Of a stretch of DNA of 64,000 bases, positions 21,046-31,625 are shown piece by piece. Below the pieces are notes generated by a model that did no database searches, was not told the DNA's origin, and was given only the letters and a program-made list of their open reading frames with translations. The position numbers and the translations under genes were made by a program. Source of the DNA: Prasinococcaceae sp. CCMP 1430. Lineage: Eukaryota > Plantae > Prasinodermophyta. The stretch lies in the NCBI GenBank assembly GCA_013416795.1, contig RQSC01000032.1, forward strand, positions 786,578 to 850,577, in the 5' to 3' direction. Position 1 is the stretch's first letter, and each line of letters begins with the position of its first letter.

Positions 21046-22871
21046 CTACTCCTCGGCTATTGTGCCCGAAGAAGAAGAAGACGCATTCCTGGAGGCCGCT
21101 CGCAGGTCGAAAGCATCCCACGCCGCCTCTCGCCGGGCACTGTTACTGTGCTTCGCGGGGTGTGGCAGGCCTGCGCCTGCGCGCATCGTCCACGGCATGG
21201 CGGCGGCGACAGCCTCGGCGCGTGCGGGCGGCAGGACCTCGCCTTTTGGGCGCACCCTCAGCTCCCACTGACCGAGCCACGGCATGATGCACCCGTCACG
21301 CCCCTTCGGCGCGCAAGCGACGAAGCCAAACGACGAGCGAAAGAGGAGCGCCGCCATGCGGGCCTCCAACATCGCCCGGAGTGTGGCCCGCTCATCGACG
21401 CACACCGGAGGCCTGATGGTGAGGCGAACGGCAGCACCCCCATCGGGATGCGTCAGTCGCTGCTCGCGCATGCCGTCGGCGTAGGCGGCCTGGATGCGCT
21501 CCAGGTATGCGTCGAGAAAGCTCGGGCACTTGTACTGTGCGAGGCGCGTCTGCGCCGCCGCCGCCTCGGCAGTCCTCTTCGAGCTGTGGTACGTGCACAG
21601 CACCGGCACGACTTCCTTCACAGGCGGGCCATCGTGACCCGCCGCGTGGGTCGCGGCGAAGCGCGCCCCCAGGAAGTCCGCGTACTCCAGGCTCTCAAGG
21701 TGTGCAAAAGCCTGTGACTCGAATGGCACGTCTGAGCAGCGGAAGTGCACTACGGCCGCGTGAGCCCAGTCGACGTCCGCCAGCACGTCCGGGAAGGGCG
21801 CGCAGCCCACATATGCGGCCACGTACGCGCCGAGGGGAGTGACGGTGCGCGACCAGAAATCGGCGTAAGCGGTGACAGCCGCAGGCAGATCGGCACCCTC
21901 CGCCTCCGGGCCGCCCTGTCCATCGTGACGATGGCCACTGCTGCTGCCGCCGCTGAGAGGGTCGCGCCAAAACTGAAGCTGGAACACACTCGTGTCGCGG
22001 TACTCGCGAGAATACGCGTCGGCAGGTGCTGCGCGCGCCTCGTCGTAACCCATCTCGTCTGTGGGGCGTGCACTACCACCCGGGGATGCAACGAAGCCGA
22101 ATGCGCCGCTGAGAGGAGGCTGCTTGAGAAGACCGTCCATTGCCAGTGTGCCTTCGCCTCCCAGGGCGCGGACGAGGGCCTCGTGCGCAGCCGAGGTGTT
22201 GATGGCGCCTTTGGAGGGCTTTGCGGCCTCGAGGACCGCACGTTCTCCTTCTCCGAGCAATGCGGTAGTGTCACCATCACGGTAATAGAACGGGAGTACT
22301 CCACGGCCTGCGCGCCGCGTCGCCATGTTGCCGAAGCGCTCGACCAACGGTGGGCTGCGAAAGGGGCATGCATTGGTCAACGCGCGCCGTGCGTCAGCGC
22401 AAAAGGGTCGATAGTCAGGGCGCTTCCTGTTGCGCGCACAGGGAGCGAGCGGCGCATTGTCCGGCTGCGTGCGCGGCGACAGCTCATGGGGGACGCCGCC
22501 GCTTCGTTCGCTCGAGCACACGGCGCTGCTGCTCGTCGCCTCTGTCGCTCGCTCGCTCCTACGCACCACCATCGCTGCGCCGTCGCGCCGCCCGCGTACG
22601 ACACGTCTGCCTCGCTCCGCCCCACCGCGTGATCAAAGCGCGAGCGGTTGCCCTCGTAAGCGCCTGCCCACACGAGCTTCATCGGCCTTCTCTGCTCCTT
22701 GTACCCAGCATGCCGTGGATGTACTCGCCACAGCCTGGCCAACAGGCGCTTGGTGTCCGGGCTCGCCGCCGCTCCCTGCAACGCGCGCGGCGTCGCGCCC
22801 GAGCCTGCTGCCGCCGCTGCCGCCAGCTCCATCATCATCAGCAGCAGCAGCGCCGCCGTTCGCGGCGCCAT
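21046..22871 (-). CDS. Secreted or type II putative glycosyltransferase, fucosyltransferase-like GT-B fold; exons 22871-22567 and 22354-21046
   Basis: N-terminal hydrophobic segment; intron with GTGCGT donor, GCTGAC branch and CAG acceptor restores the frame. RFGN, AVVHFRCSD and late LLFRSSFGFVA resemble the GLGN, HxRxxD and NSTFSW motifs of GT11/GT23-like enzymes. Confidence 0.45.
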
Positions 22872-23706
22872 CCCGTGTGCCTGCGCGCGCATGCGCACGC
22901 GTGCGCCCTGTGGCGGGGGCTGTTCACGCGACGCGCCTGCACGAACCCGCCACCCATCGAGACGCTTCAAATTTTGCACACTTTTCTGGGAAGCCATCGT
23001 TGCGTCCAAAAATCGAACGCCGATGACGCCCGACTGTGGCACCCTGTGCAGAGATTTAGATTTGCACCCGTCGCGCGACACGTTTCGGAAGCAGCTCGCA
23101 TGCGATGTGAAACCCAATGCGGCTGTGCTGTGCGCCGCCCCGCCGCTGGCAGCGCGGCGCTGGAGCAGGGGGGCTGGCAGCGGCGCCACAGAGCGCGCGG
23201 GGCGCCGCGCGCGCGCGGAGGGGAAGGGGGAGGGAGGGGTGTCCTGGGTCTGCCGGTCGACGGAGAGGCTTCGTCCTTCTCCGCTTTCCTACCGCGCGCC
23301 GTCCCAGCGGCGCGCGGGGGAGGCACGCTCGCGCCGCGGAGGTGATGCGGAGGCTGCGCACTGCGGCGGCGGAGCAGGAGGGCGGGCGTGGGTGTGTGGG
23401 GGGTCGGCGGGCGAGGGAGGGAGGGCGGCGCCGCGGCAGCGCGCCGGGAGCGCCCGCGGGGGACGAGCGCGGAGTGCGCGCGCGCGGTACGGACTTTTTT
23501 GCGCGTGGGCCAGGGTGCTGTGCGCAGGCGAGCGCACACTCGCGTCGTGCGCGCACTGCGGGAGAGACCCACCTCCACCATGGGGTTGCGTGGAATGACC
23601 GCGGCGGAGCGCGAGACAGGCGTCCTAGAGGTGCGCGCGCGGTCGCGGCGGCGCGCGGGGCGGCCACACGTGCGTGCCACCGGCACGCGGAAACGCCATC
23701 GAGCGC

Positions 23707-25106
23707 ATGGCCGCGATGACGTTCACGACGACGGTAGTGCTGCCTTCCGCGCGGACGGTCCGGGCGGTGGCGCCGTACTACCGCACGACAGGGCGACGAA
23801 GGCGCTCGTGCTTTACTCGAAGCCCACTACCGTGCGTGAACACGCCACGCGCACAAGCACTATCAATCTCCTCGGGCCTCTTGCTGTCCCACGCTCACAG
23901 AACACGCGCTGACCCGCGCCACTCGCTCGCCGCGCCGGCCCGTGCGCCCCACGTGCTATCGACCGCAAAGGCTATCTATCGTCGACAGAGCGTCGTTGTG
24001 CAACCGCTGGACGGTCAGTACTGGCTAAACATCCTGAGGACGAAGGCGCACAGCGAAGGCGATGGTGACGAATTGTCGGCAGCGCCGGGCGACCGGCGAC
24101 CGGACGCCCAAGTGCTGTCCGACGAGGGCGACATGCGCCGCGTTACTGTGTACGCGGACGCAGCGAGCACGGGTGCGAGCAGCTTTGCGGCAGTGCGCTT
24201 TGACTTACACGAGCTCACCGAGCAGGAGGCGGGCCTCGGGCACGCGGTGTGGCCCGCCAGCGTCTGTGGCGCGAGCTGGCTGGCGCGTATGGGCGTGGCC
24301 ACGGGCAAGAGCACGAACGGCACCCCGACTGCCCCTGCACTGGCTCTCAGGGGAGACATTCTAGAGCTAGGTTCAGGGGTCGGCGTCTTCGGAATTGCCG
24401 CCGGGGCAGCCGCATCCGCGCTTTGGCGTGCCGAGGCGAGCGCTTCGCCCGCGGGCAAGGACGGGCCACAGCCGCCTACGCTGACACTGTCTGACCTGAG
24501 TTCGGTGCTCGTTGAGAATCTCGAGCGCAACCTCCAGGCGAATGCCGCGCTGTTGGACGGGCTGGCCGAGACGCGCGCTATCAAGGTGAGCCGCCAACGC
24601 GCGCGCATCGTTAACGCGCAAGACAGCGGCAGCGCGCGCTTCGTGTTGGAATGGCGAGGGTGAGTGTGCCTACGAGCTGACGGACGCATCAACGCCGCTT
24701 GCAGCTGAATTGGGACAGTGCATACCAAAGCAACTTCGTGCCTGAGCGGCGATACGACACGATCGTGGCCGCCGATGTCGTGTACAACCCGGGCAACGCA
24801 CGCACGATGGCAGCATGTGCGATGGCACACCTGAAGGAGGGGGGGCGGCTGCTACTGGTGGTGCCGGCGAACCGCCGCGGCCTCGCAGAGGCCTTCAATG
24901 AGCTGCGCGAGCGCGGGGGCGTGAGCGTCCGTGTGCACGCGGCGCTCGCGCATCGCCCCGCAGAGGGCCTCGACGCGCACACGGGTACGAGCAGCAGCTC
25001 GCCATGGATCGCCGCAGCCCGCACCACAAGCGTGCACGGCATGGAGCTCGTCGTTGTCACAAAGTCATGCGAGCGTGGGCTGCCACCACCTGAGTCGACC
25101 GTATAG
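23707..25106 (+). CDS. Class I SAM-dependent protein methyltransferase (METTL21 / family 16-like); intron about 24586-24702
   Basis: GHAVWPAS, ILELGSGVGVFGI (motif I), TLSD, LNWD, YDTIVAADVVY. Confidence 0.88.
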
Positions 25107-25297
25107 CGCTCACAACGAGTGCAGCGCACTCAGCCGCTTCGAGGCATCTATATTGTGATCATCGCGGCGACCTATATTGTATTGGGTCGTGACAGCTCTG
25201 CGCGCAAACCTACAGTACGTAAGCAAGTGGTCGAGAACTGTACCTCTGTCTCGGTCCTCCGTGTGCGTGCGGCAGGTGATGCACGACGCCCCTTGTA

Positions 25298-25304
25298 TGT
25301 TACA
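25298..25304 (-). promoter_or_regulatory. TGTAA green-algal polyadenylation signal (example; others at about 5078+, 8754-, 14058-, 18176+, 38723+, 54907+)
   Basis: TGTAA recurs shortly after predicted stops on the coding strand, the known chlorophyte near-upstream element. Confidence 0.6.
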
Positions 25305-25415
25305 ATACTCTATAGACAATAAGCTTGTTAGCTGCTGCTCTTCTTCTCATGGCCCTCTCTTCCACCCGCCTCCCTCCTCGCGCGCGGGCCCGCATCGCTG
25401 TGTCGAGTGCGCGAG

Positions 25416-25464
25416 CTCAGGCAGCGACCCCTCACAAAGTTGTGAGTTTGGGCCGTGCCATCAT
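25416..25464 (-). promoter_or_regulatory. Form II SECIS element in the 3' UTR of the DsbA-like gene
   Basis: Minus strand reads ATGA-TGGCACGGCCC-AAA-CTCACAACTTTGTGAG-GGGTCGCTGCC-TGAG: ATGA/GA core, 10-11 bp helix II, unpaired AAA and an apical mini-stem. It lies about 160 nt after the stop and before a TGTAA near 25300. Confidence 0.85.
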
Positions 25465-25624
25465 GATCGTCACGTGCGATGACAGCCATTGGCGAGGATT
25501 CTGAAGGGGTGAGCCTGGACAAGCAACGGCAGCAGCAGCTGGCGCCTCCACTGCGGTCTCAGAAAGCAGCAAGAGTGCGCTTTCGCGCATGCGTCGCGTA
25601 GCCTCAACGCGGCGCCTGTGGCTC

Positions 25625-26578
25625 CTAGATAGAAGGCGCCACGTCAGCCTCTGCTCCCTGTCCCGCCCCATTCGCCGCACGAAGCTCCGCGTCGACCATG
25701 GCCAAAAGAAGACGGTAGAATTGCTCGTTCGATCCACTGCCTTGGTGCATCACCGCCCCTTCCGAGCCGTCTCCCCACGGTCCACCATTGGTGTATTTCG
25801 CAGGCCCGTCGTGGTTGAATACAAAGTAGGGGATCGAGTGTATGTGGTGCACATGTATGGTCTCCCCGTACGATTTCCACACCTCGTCTGCCAGTTCGTC
25901 AGTATCGAGCCAAGCGTCGAGCGCGCCAACGTCCAGCCCAGCCTCCTCGGCGGCTTCGAGGATCGTGGAGCGCTCGCTGGCGGACTTCCGCTCCGTGAAG
26001 TGGCGCTTGCTCAGCGCACTCATGAACTCCTCCTGCTTGCCCTGGCGCGCGGCCCACAAAAGCGTGCGCTGGCTCTCCACTGGCTGCCACTGGGTGTACA
26101 CATCGTAGTTCAGCGTCGTCCCTGCCTGCTCAGCAAGCGAGCGCATCTGCGACTCGATTGCGTCGCGAGCGCGCGGGTCGCCGCCGACGTACGTCAAAAG
26201 GCTCTCGTGCCACGTGCCGGGTTTCAGCCGCACCTCGGCGCCCGGCGGCGCGTCGGCGATGAAGCTGTACGGCCGTCGGCGCACGTCGATGGACAGGTAC
26301 ACATCGGGGCACTCCTCAGCCAGCCGCTCGAGGGCGTGCTGGATGTTGAGCTTCCCGATGTATCCGTGTGGTCACTGTGTGCATGTCACAAAATCGCCGA
26401 CCAGCCGCACCTCCGTGGCGCCGCTGTTTGTGGTCGGGGGCGTGCGCGAGCCCGGTAAGAGGTTGCGCACGCGCTGGGTGGCCTGTGGGACGCCTCCACC
26501 GGCGGCGGCGGCGCACGCGGCGTCGCCGGCGCCGTCGGCGGCGGAGTTCGCCGCGACGTGGGGCACGGTCGTGGTCAT
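25625..26578 (-). CDS. DsbA/FrnE-family thioredoxin-fold selenoprotein (in-frame TGA at 26372-26374 read as Sec); start uncertain
   Basis: EVRLVGDFVTCTQ-TGA-PHGYIGKLNIQHALERL aligns with FrnE D..CPWCYIGK; RRRPY, cis-Pro IHSIPYFVFN and a C-terminal GSG..EQF. ORFs 26372..26623 and 25625..26302 share one frame. Confidence 0.82.
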
Positions 26579-29500
26579 CAAGAAGGTCCGCGTGTCGCGC
26601 CGCGCCGCGCCACGCGGCGCCAAAAGTGCTCGTGTCGGGCGCCGCCACCGTATGGCGCATGCGCCCGCGCAGCTCCAGGGAACCGCCGCTGACGCGAGCG
26701 CGCCTCTGCCTCGAACAACAGGACGGGTCCGATGGCCCCCAGATGCCTCTTGACGACGCTGGCGTTTACGCCATCGGCCGCAGCGACGAATGCGACGTGC
26801 GCGTCAACCGCGAGGGCGTCGAGGACGTGCACGTTGAGCTTATTGTCGAGGAGTACGCGCGCGGCGCAATGCTGTGCGCCATGGCGTCGGCTAATCCCGC
26901 TAGGCTCAACGACGCCCCCATGGAGGGCGAGCAGAAGGTCCGCCTCCGCAACGGCGACACCTTCGAGGTCGGCGGCCGCCTCTTTCGCTACGAGACGGAC
27001 GACACTGAGGAGCGCATTGCCGAGGAAGTCCTCGTGGCAAGCGCCAAAAAGAGTGCCAAGAAAGGTGAGCTCGCACCCAGCACCGTCCAAGGAGTGCCGC
27101 AGCTCTGCCTTGAAGCGCCCCATCCCACCCCCCGGTCCCCTCCCCGATCCCTCACTCAGACTTCGCCGGTCCAGCTGAATGTGCTGCGCGTGCTGACTTC
27201 CTAGCCTCCGCCAAACAAACGCGTCTCGCTCATGCAGCCAAGCGCGTGTCGTTTACTTCGCCGATGTCGCGCAGCCCGCTTGGCGCCCACAACGCCAATC
27301 TCGCTGGCCGGCAGCCGACGCCCTTCCGCAGTTCTTCGGCCAAGAGCCCGCTCAACGTGAGGAGCCCTATGACGCCGAAGGACAGCAACACCCCGAAGGC
27401 AAAGTCTTCAACGCCCAAGGCGGCCACCCCGAAGGCGGCCACGCCCAAGGCGGCCACGCCCAAGGCAGCCACGCCCAAGGCGGCCACGCCCAAGGCGGCC
27501 ACGCCCAAGGCGGCCACCCCGAAGGCGGCCACGCCTAAGATGCCGACCCCCAAGGCGGCCACGCCGAAGGCGGCCACCCCCAAGGCGGCCACTCCGAAGG
27601 CGGCAACGCCCAAGAAAGACCTAACCGAGACGCTTTTGTCGCCTGTTGCAGCTGTCGAAGGCGCCAACACGGCTATCTTCGAGGCTGACTATGGTGCGGA
27701 TGATTTCACCAATGCTGTCTTCCCATCGATCAAGGCGGCCACCCCTAAGGTCACCACGTCCAAGGCGGCCACCCCGAAGGCGACCATCCCGAAGGCGACC
27801 ACCCCGAAGGCGGCCACGCCCAAGGCGGCCACGCCCAAGGCGGCCACCCCCAAGGCGGCCACCCCCAAGGCGGCCACGCCCAAGGCGGCCACGCCTAAGA
27901 TGCCGACCCCCAAGGCGGCCACCCCCAAGGCGGCCACCCCCAAGGCGGCCACCCCCAAGGCGGCCACCCCCAAGGCGGCCACGCCCAAGGCGGCCACGCC
28001 CAAGGCGGCCACCCCGAAGGCGGCCACGCCTAAGATGCCGACCCCCAAGGCGGCCACTCCGAAGGCGGCCACGCCCAAGGCGGCCACCCCGAAGGCCGCC
28101 ACGCCCAAGGCGGCCACCCTCAAGGCGGCCACGCCCAAGGCGGCCACGCCCAAGGCGGCCACGCCCAAGGCGGCCACCCCGAAGGCGGCCACCCCGAAGG
28201 CGGCCACCCCGAAGGCGGCAACCCCGAAAGCAGCCACGCCTAAGGCAGTGTCCCCGAGGAGCCGCACGCCCAAGGCGGGGACGCCGACAGAGGTCGCTGT
28301 AATTGCGAATCTCTCCCCGGTGGTGCTGAATGACGTTGTCGAGGAGGGCTGCGAGGCCATCGTTGAGGACGTAGTCGACGTTGAGCAGGCGATGCCGGCC
28401 GCCTGCACGCTGGCTACCAGTGCAACAACCATGCGCTCACTGTCCACGTCTCTGCGCGCGGAGATCAATGCCAAGGGTGCAACGCCCACGCGGTCGACCC
28501 CCAAGGCTGCCACACCGAAGGCTGCTACCCCCAAGATGGCCACTCCGAAGACGTCAGCCAAGAAGGCTGCCGCTACGCCAAAGTCTGCGGCTGTGACCCC
28601 CGAGATCGCAGGTCTTCTCGACTCGCTGGTGGCCAGTGCGTCCAAAACCGGGCCGAGGAGCGCCGGTCGCCGTCGCAGCAGTGTCGGCAAGTTTGCGCTC
28701 GCCTCGCCCGTGTCGGCGAAGAAGCGGTCACTCGAGGACGAAGACATCGAGATGATGGAGGTGTCGCCGCCCGCGAAGCAGGCCAAGCAGGTGCAGCCCG
28801 AGGACGGAGCGGAGTCCGAGGAGGAGGTCGCTGAAGAGGACGCTGCCGCTCCCAGCCCAGTCGAGTTTGAGGTGCCCGCGTTTGAGGACGCTGCCGACGA
28901 TGCGGCCGAGGATGCTTGCGAGGACGTTGAGGAGGCCGACGCCGATGTCAGCGCCGAGGTCGACGAGGCAGTAGTTAAGCCGGTCGGAGCAGTGGTCCGC
29001 ATGCCGCGGGACCCGCGCGCGCTTCTGCACGCAGGTCTGCACAAGTCCAGCATGAACCGCGCCAACATGCGCCTCAAGGGCATGGTGCAAGATCTGGAGT
29101 CGAGGCTCGATGCAGCGCTCACTGCGCTTCAGCATTCCGAGAACGCGCGCGAGCGCGACGCGCGTCGCCTCGCCAAGGCGGCATCCAATGTCGCGCAGCT
29201 GCGCGCTGCCAACGCATCCCTGGAGAAGAAGCTCGCCAAGGCGAAGGCCGACTCAATCATCACCAAAAAGATTGCCCAGTACAAGGCCGACATGCAGATG
29301 AAGGCGATGATGGCAGCCCCCGAGATTGCCACAGCGCCCGCAGTTGAGCCTGCGGCCGTGACCGAGGAGGTGATCGTCGAGGAGGTCGTCGAAGAGGAGC
29401 CCGTCGCTGCCGCCGCCGAGGAGACCGATGAGGTGGTCGCCGAGGAAGTGGTCGCCGAGGAGGCCGAGGACACCGATGAGGTGGTCGCCGAGGAGGCCGA

Positions 29501-30221
29501 GGACGTCGAGGAGGCGGTCGCCGAGGAGGTCGACGAGGTCGAAGAGGCGGTCGCTGAGGAGGCGGTCGCCGAAGAGGCTGAGGAGGCGATTGTCGAAGTG
29601 GCGGTCGCCGAGGAGGATGAAGAGACGGCAGCTGAGGAGGAGATCGCCGAAGAGGCGATCGCCGACGAGCCCGAGCCCGAGGCCATGGATATTTCCATGG
29701 AGGACGTCGAGGACGTCGAGGAGTCTGAGGATGATGAGGTGGTGGTGAACAAGACCCCCACTCCCGCCAAGATCGCGCAGGAGATTGTCGTCCTCGAAGA
29801 ATCAGACAACGACGCAGCGAACGATCAGGACGAGGTCGCCGACTCTGAGCCGCTCGAGGAGCAGGCTGAGGCTGAGGTCGAGACTGCTGTTGTTCAGAGC
29901 ACGCCAGAGATCGTCGAGGTGGTCGCGGAGGCCGAGGCGGAAGGGGAAGGCGAAGAGGAGACTCCGTGCCTGGTCTGTGGCTCGTGCGACGACTCAGAGG
30001 AGATCATGCTTCTGTGCGACGGCTGCGATAAAGCCTGCCATCTCTCCTGCGCGGGCTACAAGCGCGCACCCAAGGGCGACTGGTTCTGCATCGAGTGCAA
30101 GCCCACCAAGCGGGGCCTCGACGCCGCCGCCGCGTGGCGCAAGGCCAACGGCAAGGAAAACAACGCCGCGGAGGCCAACGCGGCGCCTGTAGCAAGGCGC
30201 TCTACGCGAAGCCGCCGGTAG
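26490..30221 (+). CDS. Ki-67-like protein: FHA, RVSF motif, TPK repeats, coiled coil, acidic region, PHD finger; exons ?-26585, 26722-27064, 27238-30221 (start unresolved)
   Basis: Spliced [10 protein letters not shown]|[10 protein letters not shown]...[11 protein letters not shown]...H...NPARLN...[19 protein letters not shown]; K|AKRVSFTSP; (AATPK)n; C-terminal C4HC3 [19 protein letters not shown]...[10 protein letters not shown]. Confidence 0.8.
27411..28250 (+). repeat. Coding 15-bp tandem repeat (AAGGCGGCCACSCCC) in two blocks, about 27411-27613 and 27733-28250
   Basis: Directly visible; encodes AATPK with recurring MPTPK variants; wobble-position variation only. Confidence 0.97.
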
Positions 30222-30435
30222 AAGGTCGTCTCACTGGCGCGGGCCTCGAGGTTGATGCGACGGCGGCAGCACTCCAGCATGCCGTCGGATACGCTCCTTC
30301 GGGCACGCCCACGCACCCCAGAGTAGCGTGTGAGCGAGCGAAGCTTTGTACAGTCACTAAAAGCAGCTATATTTTACCGCGTTGCTCGAGTATGAGCGCC
30401 TTATTAGTATTATACGCGCGAGCATTGTGCGCGCG

Positions 30436-30587
30436 TCACAGCTCCATCGCCTTGAGCGCATCCGCTGCGGCGCACGCGCCGTCGGCTGTGGCGGCTCGAG
30501 CTCTGGCCTCCGCCTCGGCACGCTTCTTGGCGGCGTACGCCGCTCGCTTCTGCGCGAGGATAGGTACGCGCCGGGCACTCTCGAGTG

Positions 30588-30619
<32 letters not shown>

Positions 30620-31257
30620 GCGGGCGTCTCTGGAGTGCCGTCGACAGCCGCCGCGCGTGCTGAGGCATCCGCGGCGGCCACCCTCGCCCTGTGCTCCTCG
30701 GCGAGCAGCTCGGCCCCTCGGCGCGCCTCCATTTGTCGGGTGGTCGCCACTGGCGCTGCTGCTCGCGCGGGCAGGGGCGCGTCCACCTTCGCGCGCGTGA
30801 AAATTGCCCGCGCGCCCTCGACCCATGTCCCGCACGAGCACTTGGCGCCGGCAGACACGAGCGAGCCCACGCGCGCGCCGCACCGGGAGTTCGGGCACAG
30901 TAGGCGCACGGCCGCGGACGGCTCCGCGTGCGTGGGCGTGGCCCCTGCTTGGGCCGCCCACTCAGGTGCGGACGTGAGGTAGTACACCGAGCAGTGCGCA
31001 TGGCGCACGCCGAGCTCGGCGTCGAGCTCGTGGCGCTCGAAGAGCGCCGCGCGGCACTTCCTGCAGCGGAAGGTTCCGACCGCGGCGCCCAACCCAGCCG
31101 CTGCCTCCGCATCGCCTGCGCCGCCGTGGCCGCCGCAATGGCCCAGCGGCCGCGCTGCGGCGCGCGCCTGCTCCTCGGCGACGAAGAGCGCGCGCTCGCG
31201 GCGCGCAACGCGCGCCGCGGGCGTCTCCGCGAGGCGCGGCGCGCCCCCCCGAGGCAT
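30436..31257 (-). CDS. Stand-alone YVH1/DUSP12-type zinc-binding domain protein with no phosphatase domain (At4g18593-like)
   Basis: FRCRKCRAALF, HCSVYY, LLCPNSRCGARVGS, GAKCSCGTWV, KVD; polyQ from (CAG)n near 30591-30618. Confidence 0.75.
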
Positions 31258-31625
31258 GGGTCTCCCCTCTTGCCCTCAAGCTCAGACCCCGGACCCCGCG
31301 AGGAGACCTGCTCGCCTCCCACTCCCACCCAGCAGGGGTGAGGGCGGGGCCTCCACCCGCTGCACGCGCGTGGTCTGGCACACACCGGGGCCGCCCCGCG
31401 CTGCTCGGATCGGCGAGCACGGAGAAACGCGCCGCCGTGTTTGTCCCGCCTGAGCGCCGCTGTCACTCTGCGCGCACGCGGCGCCGTAGCGCGCGGCCAG
31501 CGGCGAGCGGGGCGCGCGGCAGAAGCCGCACCAGCGGCGCCCCCGGCGAGCTTCCGAGGAAGGCCGCCTGTGTCACACCCATCCCCCTCCGGCCTCCTGC
31601 ACTCCCGCCCTCCCCCGCGCGCGCC

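Noticed and set aside
24655-24670. TGA at 24661 in the methyltransferase as a second Sec codon
   Set aside because: It lies inside a canonical GT...CTGAC...CAG intron whose removal restores AIK|LNWD.
26375-26389. 15-nt GT...CAG stretch (GTGACATGCACACAG on minus) as a micro-intron next to the Sec codon
   Set aside because: Far shorter than other introns here and has no CTGAC branch point. Removing it would still leave the TGA in frame.
27411-28250. Tandem array as a possible CRISPR or non-coding satellite
   Set aside because: No spacers; the unit is 15 bp, in frame, and varies at wobble positions, so it is a coding repeat.
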